DNA of 64,000 bases, taken from assembly GCF_963921235.1 (NCBI RefSeq), contig NC_086108.1, positions 24,118,001-24,182,000 on the forward strand, given 5' to 3'. A program made the translations under genes and the position numbers. Shown here piece after piece: positions 12,901 through 25,010 of this stretch. Numbering within the stretch: the stretch's first letter is position 1; each line of letters starts with the position of its first letter. The DNA comes from Mobula hypostoma (lineage: Eukaryota). The notes below the pieces were generated by a model. The model was given only the letters and a program-made list of their open reading frames with translations. It was not told the origin of the DNA and did no database searches.

Positions 12901-14990
12901 GAAAAGAATGATAGGTATTGCAGCAGTATGAAATTAGAGCTGCTTGCACTTAAGTGGGCGAAAGGAGAGGAGTTTTGTGGTTACTCACTGGGTTCCAAAT
13001 TCACTATAATTACTGACAATAATCAGTTATCCCACTTGAAAACTGCCAAGTTGGGAGCAATTGAGCAGAGACGGATCTCACAGCTCTCAGTGTTTGACTT
13101 TGATGCTCAGTATCATCCATGCTCCCTCTGGGCAGCCATTTGCAGGGGAGCCTGAGCCTATCTCAGAGGATACTGAGTTTGACGGGTCTGTGGCAATTTG
13201 TAGTCTGATCAATGGTGGCACTGGTTACAGCTGGTCTTAAAAGCTGTAGGGTTAAGCTAATCTGAGCTCTGGAAGCTGGTAATAGTGATGTAAGTGATCT
13301 GATGCAAAGAACCACCCCAACCTTCCTAGCTTATTCTTTTCAGCAGCAAGACCCTGTGTTAAGTGTCTTCAGAAATTTATGGGACAGAAAAAGAAAATTG
13401 AATGGCAAGGAATGGAGAGCTCTGCCTAAACTGGTTTTGTCTCTGGTGAAGCACTGGGACAGGATCAGGGAGTGTAAGGGGTTACTGTATCATGTAGCTG
13501 AGGATGAGAAGCCCAGGGAGTGTTATCAGCTTCTGCTACTTACCAGCGTGATGGGTAAAGTGTTAGGGTATATACATGACCTATAGGCTATCAAGGCATA
13601 GAGTGTACTTTGCATTTGTTGAGAAGCAGATGTTTTTGGGTGGGCATGTACAAGGATGTGGCACAGTGGATCAAAAATTGTCCACGCTGTGTGTTAACTA
13701 AAATACCACAGCCTAAGATCAATTCCCCCATGAAATCATTTCTTGCCTCTAGGCTGCTGGAAGTTGTTGCTGTAGATTTCACTGTGCTTGAGCCGGCAGC
13801 TGATGAGTGTGAGAATGTCCGAGTAGTCACAGATGTTTTTACAAAATTCACCCAAGCATTCCCAACTCGTGATTGAAACGCAGGTAACACAGCGAAGGTG
13901 CTTTTGTGGGAATGGTTTATGAAGTACAGTGTTTCTGAAAGGTTGCATTCTGACCAGGTCTGTAATTTCAAAAGTGAGGTCATAGTGGAGCATTGCAAAC
14001 TACAGGGTAAAGATAATCTGTACTACACCCCATCATCCTACTTGCCAGTGAGATGCACTGATGGAGGAAGAACAGTCTGTTGACAGGAAATATGACTGGT
14101 TAGCCATACACCAGAACCGACTGCTTTGCTCATGCCAGAGCAAAAGAATACTCTGAACAGGAGGCTGCAGAGCATATTGCCTTACAGGAGGATAAAATTT
14201 ATTCTCCTACAATTAGATTAGATTAGATTCAACTTTATTGTCATTGTGCCGAGTACAGATACAAAGCCAATGAAATGCAGTTAGCATCTGACCAGAAATG
14301 CAAAGAATAGTGTTATTTACAAAATAACTGCGAATAAAAAGTAAGTGCTACAGCACACAAATATAAAAGTACTGAGACAGTACAATATGGGTGCAATACT
14401 GCTTAGAGCTGTGATGTGAGGTTCAGCAGGGTCACAGCCTCAGGGAAGAAGCTCTTCCTGTGCCTGCTGGTGCGGGAGTGGAGGCTCCTGTAGCGCCTAC
14501 CAGATGGGAGGAGAGTAAAAAGTCCATGGTTAGGGTGAGATGCATCCTTGGTAATGCTTTTCACCCTGCCCAGGCAGTGTTTATGGTAGATGTTCTCAAT
14601 GGTGGGCAATTGGGTGCCGATAATCTGCTGGGCAGTTTTCACGACACACTGGAGTGCTTTGTGGTCTGATACTGGACAAATGCCATACCACACTGAGATG
14701 CAGTTGGTGAGTGTGCTCTCAATGTTACAGCGGTAAAAGTCCATCAGCATCCTAGGACAGAGGTGAGCTTTCTTGATGCTCCACAGGAAATAAAGGCACT
14801 GCTGCGCTTTTATTGACATAAATGCACTGGAACAGGCCAGTGGGTCTTAATAAGCTCCAAGATGCTTGGAAATCAGCAGTCTGCAGGATGGTAGAGGAGG
14901 TAGACAACACATACACTGTGGAACCTTTGGAGGGAGGGCCTATCAAGAGGGTGAACAGGATAGACCTCAGGCCCTGTGAGAACATTCCTA
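9946..14990 (+). pseudogene. Fragmented Gypsy gag-pol
   Basis: ORF pieces 9946-10392, 10701-11084, 11468-11683, 11960-12169, 12539-13155, 13302-14083 and 14822-15025 tile gag, protease, RT, RNase H and integrase. Confidence 0.88.
14212..14811 (-). mobile_element. 5'-truncated Rex1/Babar LINE inside the Gypsy integrase
   Basis: ORF 14403-14819 (FYRCNIESTLTNCISVWYG...LLPSGRRYRSL...SFFP); (ATTAG)n tail at 14212-14230; Gypsy sequence resumes after it. Confidence 0.88.
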
Positions 14991-15290
14991 CCCGAGTTCC
15001 TCAAAGGAGACTGCAAACTGCATAATTCCGGATAGTCCTTCCCTGGGACGTGAATCAGATTCTGAGGATATTGGGAGAAGATGTGTCAAAACAGAGTGTA
15101 CATAATCTCGACCCTAGCCTTGACTACAAAGCTTCTGGAACTGAGACTATAGCACCTGAGACAGCTGATACAGGGTCAGACGTTGGTGGTCTTCCTGTTG
15201 CAGCACAGTAATGTGAATGTGTTAATCTCTGTTAAAGATCCGGTAAAGTATTTGTTGTTCTGTGTGTGTATTTTTCCCCAGGCTACAAAA

Positions 15291-16482
15291 CTAGAATCAA
15301 GTGACTCTTGAAGGATCATGACAACTATCTCAGTTATCTTTTCAGCAACTTCTCTTAGGCCTCTGGGATGTAGTTCATCTGGTCCAGGTGACTCATCCAC
15401 CTTTAGATCTTTGAGTCTGCCTAGCACTTTATCCTTTGTAATAGCAATGGCACTCACTCCCGCTCTCTGATACACGGACCTCTGGTGTACTGCTAGAGTC
15501 TTCCACAGTGAAGACTGATACAAAGCACTTACTAAGTTCATCTAACATTTCTTTGTTTTGCCCATTACTACCTCACCAGTAAAATTTTCCAGTGGTCCAA
15601 TATCAACTCTCACCTTCTTTTCACTTTTTATATAACTGAAAAAAACCTTTTATTATCCTAATTTATATTATTAACTAGTTTGCCCTCAAATTTAATCTTT
15701 TCCCTTCTTATAGCTTTTTTAGTTGCCTTTTGTTGGATATTAAAAGCTTCCCAATCATCCAACTTCCCACTCACTTTTGCTACCTTGTATGCCCTTTTCT
15801 TGGCTTTTATGCAGTCTTTAACTTCCCTTGTCAGCCATGGTTGCCTACCCCTGACGTTTGAGGCCTTCTTCTGTGGGACATGTCTATCCTGCGCAATGTG
15901 ATCCATACCCAGAAACTTCAGCCATCTCTGCTCTGCCATCATCCCCACCAGCATCCTCCGCAATCTACCAGGGCAAGCTCCTCTCTCATGTCTTTGTAGT
16001 TCCCTTTATTCTATTGTGATACTGATACACGTGACTTATACTTCTCCCTCTCAAGTTGCACTATGAATTCAATAATATTACAATCACTGCCTCCTAAGGG
16101 TTCCTTTACATTAAGCTCCCTAATAAGATCTGGGTTATTACCCAACACCCAATCTAAGATGGCCTTTCCCTGAGTAGGCTCAAGCACAAGCTGCTCTAAA
16201 AAGCTATCTTACAGGCATTCAACAAACACCATCTTGCAATCCGACACCAAGTTGATTTTCCCAATCCCCTTCATATTGAAGTTCCCCATTACAATTGTGT
16301 TATTACCCTTAATACATGCCTTTTCCAGCTCCCTTTGGAATTTTAACCCCATACCTTGGCTACTATTTGGAGGCCCATATATGATTCCCATAATGATTTG
16401 TTTACCCTTGCAGTTTCTTAACTTGATCCACAAAGATTCAATGTTGTCTGACCCTATGTCATTCTAAAGATAAAATTCCATC
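15291..16482 (-). mobile_element. CR1 LINE, 5' half (endonuclease/linker) of the element at 7636
   Basis: KVDESPGPDELHPRGLREVA, QPWLTREVK and IIYGPPNS...MGNFN fragments; joins 9119 as ...ccatgcta|gaatcaagtgac. Confidence 0.88.
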
Positions 16483-16639
16483 TCATAAGAGGTGGGAAGA
16501 GAATTTCAGGAACAGGAATAAACCATTGGTCCTTGGTGTATATATCAACACTGCACTGGAATCCAGCTAGTTCCTTCAGCTTTGGTTAGCCATTTTTGAT
16601 ACATATTTTTATTAAGTAACAATTTCAGTCTTGAAAATA

Positions 16640-17200
16640 TTCATTACCTGAATGCACACAACATCCTAAGAGATTTCCACAGCTCCTTGAACATTTGAAT
16701 ACTTCCTGCATTAACAATTAAATGGCATACTTTTAATTTAAGGTTGTGTTCTCTCACTCTTAACTCAACCACTCAAGCATTGATTTCCTGCTTCTATTCA
16801 ATCATATCCTTGCCCATTTGAAACAACTCAATTAAATCTCACATTAACGTTCCACATCCTAACAAACAACGATAAGTCAATGAAATCTGATTAACCCTCA
16901 AGTTTTATTGACATTCTGGTGCTAAACGTTTTCCAAGTCCAGCATTTTACTTTTTGAGCTCTGACGTCCAGAATTGAAGATATTCTCTAGATGAGGGTTT
17001 GACTAGAATAGAAGCAATTTTTCTGAGTTATCTCAAGATGCAGGCCAAAATTCTAGTAACCTCTTTTTTTCCATTATCTTTTGTTACGGCCTACTGCCTT
17101 TGATTAACAAATGATCAAAGACTTTTGGTGGTCTTCAGTTTCTAATTTTTTGCCATAAATAATGCATTTTCCCCCCTTTGCATCCAAGAATAACTTTTCT
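16640..17200 (-). mobile_element. Very old CR1 3' remnant
   Basis: Weak reverse similarity to CR1 3' ORF2 (agagatttccacag, tttaaggttgtgttctctc, gtccagaattgaa). Confidence 0.4.
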
Positions 17201-17356
17201 ATGTTGAACGCCTTTCTCCTCCATGATTTCTGTTCAGTTAATCAGTCTTCAGCCCTTTCTCCTCCTGTCACTTGCACAACTTTGTTAGATTCTGATGTTT
17301 TCATCCAAGGTTCTTTGGAAGTTGGGAAACGTGCTAAACAGTTGCATGTATATAGT

Positions 17357-17532
17357 ACAAGAGATTCTGAAGATGCTGGAAATCCAAATCAACACACACA
17401 CAAAACTGCTGGAGGAACTCAATAAATCATGCAGCATCTATGGAAATGAATAAACAGTCGACATTTCGGGCTCAGACCCTTCTACAGGTCCTGAAAGGTC
17501 AACTATCTATCCATTTCCATAAATGATGCCTG
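17357..17532. mobile_element. Penelope-derived short repeat, fold-back form, with decayed hammerhead motif
   Basis: Shares the acacacacaaaa.tgctggaggaactc...gcagcatctatggaa block with copies at 22903, 37344 and 48581; arms ~17431-17470 and ~17490-17530 are inverted. Confidence 0.7.
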
Positions 17533-18054
17533 AGTAGTTAAATAAAATACAAGCAGGTAATTGTTAAAATACAAAGAAAATAATTATTTATACAGTCTAA
17601 TCCAAAACTGCCTCCTAAATTTTAATATGCAGTTTTCTATTCATTCACATAAGGTATTGATATAATGGGAAAGTGATGGATGCAGTAACTGTCCAGGAGG
17701 AAGCTACTGTTTCAGTCAATCAACCAGGGCCCATATTCTTAATTCTCATCCATATTTCCGACCAGATGATTTCCCACCTATGTGTTTACATTTTCTTTCA
17801 AAATGTCTTGTGTGGAACCTTATCAGTTCCGGAAATCCACTGATCATGAGCTGAGCCACATCCTTTTCCTTCTTGTTAATCACATATCACAAAAGTTAGT
17901 CCAGCATGATCTACTATTCACAGCTGTTTATCTATCCATCAGGTCAGTACATTCAATTGTCCAGCTGTTTTCTCTTTGATAGTCTTCCGTTAACTTCATG
18001 ACTTGAGAGCTATCTGGATTCACCCTCCATCCTCTTTCAAATCACTGAACGATT

Positions 18055-18302
18055 ATTTATTTATTCATTCAGTGTTGAGTAGGCCCTTCAAGGCATGTGT
18101 GCATAGCAATCTTCCAATTTAATCCTAGCATAATCACAGGGCAACTTACAATGGCCAGTTAACCAATCGACCAGTACATCTTTGGATAGTGGAAGGAACC
18201 CAAAGCGACCAAAGTGATCACGGGGAGAGTGTACAAATTCCTTACAAGCAGAATTGAACCTGTGTCGCTGGCAGTGTATAAAGCGTTGTGCTAACCATTA
18301 CA
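18055..18302 (-). mobile_element. tRNA-derived V-SINE/HE1-like SINE
   Basis: aatcctagcataatcacagggcaacttacaatggcc...ttgaacctg...gtgctaaccattac; same family as 25555 and 37825. Confidence 0.7.
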
Positions 18303-19152
18303 TTTATCAAATCTAACTACACAGCACTCAAGAAAAATTTACAAAATTGTTAATGACTATTGCACATATATTCTCATTACCTATTTCCCGGGTACTCTTG
18401 GGGGTTACATCAACTTTTGGAGACAACAGGAAGATGGCAGAGCAACACAAGGACAAGGTTCAAAAATACTGGCATGGACCAGGGTGAAACAGACCGGACA
18501 GCTTGAATTTGGATCAGGCGTGTGAAAAAGAAGATTAACAGTGTGACCTTGGGCTGTAGATGACGAGAGATGGAAAAAAATTCATCCATATGGTGAATGA
18601 CAGCATTCAGTTCTTTGAAGCTCCAACAGAAAATGGAAGAGTAAGATATACTGTAGGAGCCATGTATCAGCATTGCATTTTGTGTTGTGTAGTTAGTCAC
18701 ATGGGTGGAGCTGTGATAAAAGCAAAGAGTTTATTGTATTCACGTTATTGTATTATATGTATTCACATTTTGTCTTCGATTTTTGGGTTGGAGACAGTTG
18801 GAATTAGAGACCGCCAGGTATGACATATTTTCATAATTGCTTAATTAAGCTTAATAGCGCTTCAAGATTGTTTTGCCAGTTCTTTAATAAAGGATCAAAT
18901 ACATTTCTTGGATTTTGAACCTTATTATTGGATTAGATCAGTGGGCTGAATGGCCTGTAATGTGCTGTAGGGTTCTATGTTCTATATAGGATCAACTCCT
19001 TGTGCTTGGTCTCAAACAGTGGTGTTCGTTTGTTCGAGGAGTTACTCTACATACCAATAAGAAGGGATGCGAAAGAAACAACTGAGAAGTCTCTGTTTTC
19101 CTGCTATAATCATAACAGATTCACTTTAAAGCAATTCAGCAAATGAAAGTTA

Positions 19153-20185
19153 GACTTCCAGTCAAGATGCCACTGAGCTGAGATGTGTATCGAGGTCGTG
19201 GCTCAGATTACGTTGTACTGTTAGGCTTGTACAGATGGTTTTGGGGACAGCACAGGGTTAGGATTTAGGACAGATATGAGGGGAGTTAGGGTTTAAGGTT
19301 TAGGGATTGTGGGGTTTAAGGTTTGAGGGGAATGAGGAGTTAGGGTGTAGGGTTGATGGGAATGAGGGGAGTTAGGGTTTGAGGGAATGAAGTGTTTCGG
19401 GAATGAGGGGGAGTTAGAGGTAAGAGACAGTAAATGAACTGTCAGGGGCAGGAGCTGGAGTCCAGGTCAGAGCACTCTGTAGTAGAAGGCCGGTCAGTCC
19501 GGAGGACGAATGTTGGGTGGCAGGTGCTGAGATGAAGACCAGTGATCCCTGTGGTCAGTGAGGTTGGTGGACCCTGGATGAGGGCTGGTGACCCATCGCC
19601 CAGTTCAGTAAGTCTCCTTTAGGTCAGCGAGTCCCAGAATCAGAAGCCTGTGTGGGCTGGAAGGATGAGACCAGTGACTCCCCAGGTCAGCAAGTTCTAG
19701 GGTTAGAGTTCTGTGAAAGTCAGGAATGTGAAGCCGGGATTTCAAAGCCCACAATTAACAAGTCCTAGGGTCAATACAGAAAGTCAAAGACCGAAGTCAC
19801 TGAGTCTGGAAGACAAGGCCAGATGGTCGAAGAATCTCTGACGTCATGTTTGGATGTCAGGTGCCCGGTAGATGTGGATCCAGACTAGTGGCAGGAGGTT
19901 GGAAGCCCAGAAATGGACTGACCCAAAGTTGGATGCCTGTCTGTGTGTGTGAGTGGGTGGGAGGGTGAAAATGGACTTATTTTGCTGATGTTCTGTTGTT
20001 GTTTGCTGTTTCTTGTGTTGTTCTGCTGAACAACATTGGCATGTTATGTTGGCACCAAATGTGTGCCAACACTTGAGCTGCCCCAGTATACCCTTGGGTT
20101 GTGTTGGTTATTGGCGCAAATGATACATTTCATGTGTTCCAATGTACACATGAGAGATAAACAAATCTGAATAAATGATTCTGAA
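19153..20185 (+). mobile_element. Unclassified non-coding interspersed repeat with G-rich internal minisatellite
   Basis: Starts acttcc.gtcaagatg (like the Rex 5' end near 45760), GC-richer than flanks, ends with a (tctgaa)-like tail; no ORF. Confidence 0.45.
19253..19420 (+). repeat. G-rich degenerate minisatellite containing four exact TTAGGG hexamers
   Basis: Imperfect units of gggaatgaggggagttagggttt, directly visible. Confidence 0.85.
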
Positions 20186-21349
20186 CATCTGATACAGAAC
20201 ACAAACTAATAGTTTCTCTGAGAAGTAGGGAAAAAATAATCTGCCCACAATCCTATGGCTTGTTAGGTCAATTGCTGGTTAATGTATGAGAATTCACATC
20301 ACAGTTGATTTTGAGTTGTCAGCTTGTGTTTTATGGAAGCTGTTAGTCAATTTTAATCCATTATGAATTTTCACTTGTTGGTTCTCATCTCGGTTCACTC
20401 TTGCATTAGTTTAACAGATACTAGGCATCAGACAGGTTAGACAGTTTTTAGCTGATGAAAAACTCTCACATCATCATGCAAAGGTGACAACATGGCTGAT
20501 TCTTCTCTCAAACAGAAAATAAATTCTTTCATTTAACTGCCCGAGGAGAAGTTCTGTAAAGAGTCTCTGCCCCTTAAAGGTAAAGCTGGGAATCTTCTGA
20601 GTTACTGGGATTATGGAAGAAGAAGGCTACTTGTTTTATGAGCTTCACTTCCTTAAAACAACATTTCCACCATCTCAACAACAGTTGGCTATCTTCATCT
20701 GTCTCTGGGAGGAAGTTCATTTTCATTCCAATTGGTGTAATTTAGTTTATTTATATAACACTCTGTGGGAAACTAAATTCCCTATGCATTAACAGGATCC
20801 ACACTACTACCTAGGCTCACAAAATAAGGCAAGAACATTTTGAGCAAGAGAGAAAAAACAGCTAGATCTCAGCCTGGAGGCAACTTAAACAAGGTGAGTC
20901 AGGCATCCTGCTGAATTTGACTAAGGGGTTCTTTTAAGTGATGAATGGGAAATCTACTTCACAAAGCTGAAGCCTCTGAGAAGACATCAGAGCAGAGAGA
21001 GATCAGGGAAGAGGAAGTCCAGGCCCACTGGGTGGGATTTTGATTGGGGATTGAGGGTGGGAGTTCAATGATTTCTACTGACTGGCTGATTCAAAGCTTC
21101 ATTCTCCTCCCTGTCCAACAGCTGCTAACAAATCCTTCTACTATTAACTTAACCCTCCCCTCTCCCTTTCAGCTGAAAGGCCTGGGAAACCTGTCCATTT
21201 CTTGGTAAAAACAGACTAACTATTAAAATTAACACAGGTAGCCTCTTTGTAACCTACATCTCATCAGCTGCTAGCCTGATAAATTAAATCAAAATTTAAT
21301 CTACCATTATGTGAAGAACTTTGGCAGTAAAGAATGAACCCTAAGGTGA

Positions 21350-21680
21350 CAGGTTTTTCCAAAAGACAGGAGGTGCTGAGAAGTGATCTCAGAAACGTAC
21401 ATGCTTTTTTACAGGGCTTGACAGAGTAGTTGAAACAATGATGTTTACTTTGGCTGACATCCCTAAATTCAGAATAAGGGGTTAGCCATTCAAAGAAGTT
21501 GAGGCTCAGACATATCTCAGAAACAACCTGACAGACTTTTAGCTATTAAAGGAATCAAGGGATATAGGATTAGTGGAGAAAAAGAAGTATGCAGAGATAA
21601 AACATGATCTGATTGAATGGTGGAGCAGACACAGGCAAACGATGGCCCACTTTCCTTCCATATCTCGTGTTCTGATGCTC
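21350..21680 (+). mobile_element. Old CR1 3' fragment
   Basis: agaataagggg.ttagccatt and catgatctgattgaatggtggagcag 3' UTR remnants. Confidence 0.55.
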
Positions 21681-22509
21681 TCCTCGGTGAGGTATGGAAA
21701 TTAAGATCTGAATAACGCTAAACTGAAAAGCAGGATGCATCTTATTAATCTCCAGACAGCAGATTCAGAGCATGCAACTGGAAAATTTCCATATGCTCCA
21801 AGATGCTAATCTTCTTCAGGTCAGATAAATCATTCCTGTGTTCCTTCATTGCAAGCTAATTACATAAACTTGTAGTGCATGGTTTGCAGATATTTATTAT
21901 TCATTCATTTATGTACATTTACACCAAAAAGGTCATTTAAGTAGTTCAGCAGGAGAGAGAATCTGAGCAAAACAACATATCTTTGACTGAAAACAGTAGG
22001 TAATGAAGTGCTTTAATCCTGAATGTGCTCAGAATTAAATAGCTTGCCTCTTCTAGTCAGACAAGTCACACATACTCATACATAACATAAAACAGCTGCA
22101 AAGGACACGATATAGAGAAGCAGAAATGCCCATTGGGAGTCTTGGGGACTGATAAAGAAAGGTTAGGCTTTTTTTTATTGCCTGAATAAATTACAGAGCA
22201 GATTAATAGAGCTGAGATTAGGTCAGCAAAATGTCCCAGATGGAGAAAAAACCTAAAGATCCTCTGTACGTATCACAGAAAGAGGGCTCCTATAATTCAC
22301 CACATTTTCAACTTAAATGCCAGGGCCTTTGTAAAACAAAAGAAAAACCTAGGAGATTTAGTCATGGTATATCATTCCTCATAATTAATCAGCAGTAACT
22401 AACTGTTCAAAATGTACTGGATGCACATTGTCTCGAGATGTCCTAAACTCAGCAAAGTGCTGCATAAACACCATTTTTCTTTCTTTAATGCCGAAAGAAA
22501 ATTGAAATC

Positions 22510-23588
22510 TTGGATGAGGACATAGATAGGAAGGTTAGTAAGTTTGCAGATTACAGAAGATTGGAGTTGTAGATAGTGTAGAAGGCTGTCATAGGTTACA
22601 ACAGGATATTGACAGGATGCAGAGTTGGGCAAAGAAATGGCAAATGGAGTTCAATCCAGAAAAGTGTAACGATATATTTTGTAAGATCGACCTTGACGGC
22701 AGACAACAAGGCTAATGACAGGATTCTAAGCAATTTGGAGGAACAGAGGGAGCTTGGAGTCCAAATTTACACAAGTTGATAGGGTGCTTAAAAAGGCATA
22801 TGGTGTATTAGCTTTCATTAGTTTGGGGGACTGAGTTCGGGGACTGCAAAGTTATGTAGCAATTCTATAAAGCTCTGGTTAAACCACACCTGGAGTATTG
22901 CAATCACAAACAAGAGAAAATCTGCTGATGCTTGAAATCCAAGCCACACACACAAAATGCTGGAGGAACTCATCAGGCCAGGGAGATTTTATGGAAAAGA
23001 GTACAGTGGACGTTTTGGGCCAAGACTCTCCATCAGGACCCCTTGTGTGTTGCTTGGAATATTGCATTCTCTTCTAGTTGCCTCATTATAGGAAGGATGC
23101 AGAAGCTTTAGAAAGGGTCAGAGTAGGTTTACCAGAATGCTGCCTGGATGAGTGAATATGTGTTATGAAGAAATGTTGAGCAAGCCAGGGTTTCATCTCT
23201 TTGGAATGATGGAGTATGAGAGGCAATTTGACAGAGATGTATAAGATTATAAAGGGCACAAGACAGACTGGACAGCTAGTGCCTTTTCCCTCGGACAGCA
23301 GTAGTCAATACCAGAGAACCTCCATTTAAAATGTGGAGGAAAGTTTAGGGGAGATGTGGGATTAGGTCATCTGGGTGTGTGGAATGCACTGCTTGGGGTG
23401 GTAGAGTCTGATGTAAACGGAATATTTTAAAACATAACTTTTAGGCATATAGATGTAAAAAACCTAGAGGCTATTGTCTGTGTAGGAAGGAAGGGTTAGG
23501 TTGACCACAGAGTAGCTTTATACTGCTTAGAACAACATCATGTGCTGAAGGGTTGGTTCTGTGCTGTACTGTTCTACGTTCTATGTTC
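22510..23588 (+). mobile_element. CR1 3' portion, interrupted at 22903-23054
   Basis: aagtttgcagat, WQMEFNPEKC and LVKPHLEYC remnants; tail gttctacgttctatgttc. Confidence 0.8.
22903..23054. mobile_element. Penelope-derived short repeat with decayed hammerhead motif
   Basis: Same family as 17357; flanked by TGGAGTATTGCA (22891-22902) and TGGAATATTGCA (23055-23066). Confidence 0.75.
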
Positions 23589-23719
23589 CAGTGGCAAGGA
23601 TCACATTGGAAGGAAGTTTGCAGTTCCTACCACCACCACCGGTACAGCTGGCTGATGCTAATTGATTCGAGTCAAGTGCTCACCATGTCTAATGACTGGC
23701 ATGTTCTGTTCCCTGACTT

Positions 23720-25010
23720 TCAGCAACCATGCTTCTGGGCGTCGAGATCCCTGAGAATCTAACCTGGTCCCAACATATCAATGCAGTTATAAAGAAGGCA
23801 AGACAGCGGCTATACTTCATTAGGAGTCTGAAGAGATTTGGTATGTCAACAAATACACTCAAAAACTTCTATAGCTGTACTGTGGAGAACATTCTGACAG
23901 GCTACATCACTCTCTGGTATGGGGGGGGGGGCACTACAGAGGACCAAAAGAAGCTGCAGAGGGTTGTAAATTTAGTCGGCTCCATCTTGGGTACTAGCCT
24001 ACATAGTACCCAGGACATCTTCGGGGAGCTGTGTCTCAGAAAAGCGGTGTCTATTATTAAGGGCCTCCAGCACCCAAGTTTAAAGGTTCCAAGGTTGTCA
24101 AGCCGAGGAGTGGTAGTGGGGACAAGCTCCCACCTCCTAAAAATGCTCCTCACGGCATGCGCCTCAAATAGTCTCTGACAACCAAGTCCAACTCCTGGCC
24201 TTCTCGTGTGGCTTAGCCTCTAAGTCCGGCGGAACTGTTTCTACTGACAGCAGAAAGGGCAAAGACGGGTTCTGGCACCTTAAAACCAGTGCTTCGGGTA
24301 GATGGAGCTCGTCAGCCTGGGAAGGCAGTCCACCTAAGAGAGGGAAAACTCTGATTTCAAACCGCCGCTGTCTTGTGGCCATACCCACTCATTGGAAAGG
24401 CTTCGGGAGTAAACTCTGAGGACAAATTCAGAGCTGAAGTCCCTAAGGCAGTCCGACGTTGCCTTCAACCTCGTTCTGGCAACTCCTACGACGACACTAG
24501 TGCCAAGCTGTATCGGTCCTTGCCCTTCCCTTGGACAACGTCGGTGTTGTGGAAATGGGAGACCTGCTGCATGGGAAACTGCTGGTCTTCCATACAACCT
24601 TGCCTAGGCCTGCGCCCTGGAGAACCTTTCCAGGCGCAGATCCATGGTCTCGCGAGACTAATGGATGCCACCACCAGCACCCAGGGCATGCCCTTTTCTC
24701 ACTGTTAGCATTAGGAAGGAGGTACAGAAGCCTGAAGGCACACACTCAGCGATTCAGGAACAGCTTCTTCCCCTCTGCCATCTGATTCCTAAATGGACAT
24801 TGAACCCTTGGACACTACTTCACTTTTTTAATATATATTCAGGTTTTTGCACGATTTTTAATCTATTCAATATACATATACTGTAATTGATCTACTTATT
24901 TAGCTGTTGTTATTTTGTTTTCTCTTTTATATTATGTATTGCGTTGAACTGCTGCTGCTAAGTTAACAAATTCCACGACACATGCCGATGATAATAAATC
25001 TGATTCTGTT
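23720..25010 (+). mobile_element. Rex1/Babar LINE 3' portion, interrupted at 24077-24673
   Basis: KKARQRLYFIRSLKRFGM...FYSCTVENILTG, resuming HPGHALFSLLALGRRYRSLKAHTQRFRNSFFP; tail aataaatctgattctg. Confidence 0.88.
24077..24673 (+). mobile_element. ~600-bp non-autonomous retroposon (RTE-like) with 10-bp TSD
   Basis: CCAGCACCCA duplicated at 24067-24076 and 24674-24683; short (CCA)n tail; CpG-rich relative to flanks. RTE affinity is inferred from remembered 5' UTR-like motifs. Confidence 0.75.

Larger units (their letters stand above)
9120..15287 (+). mobile_element. Degenerate Gypsy/Ty3 LTR retrotransposon
   Basis: TG...CA ends; gag with CCHC knuckle (CFKCQVEGHVAKNC); then RT (SPVVLVRKADGSIRLCVDYRRLN; YLDD degraded to YLHD), RNase H (TDASSHGLEAVL) and integrase (CPRC, FTKFTQAFPT, LHSDQ) in Gypsy order; many stops and frameshifts. 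Confidence 0.92.

Noticed and set aside
19253..19420. True interstitial telomere marking a chromosome fusion
   Set aside because: TTAGGG hexamers are dispersed in longer units, not tandem, and there is no head-to-head CCCTAA array.
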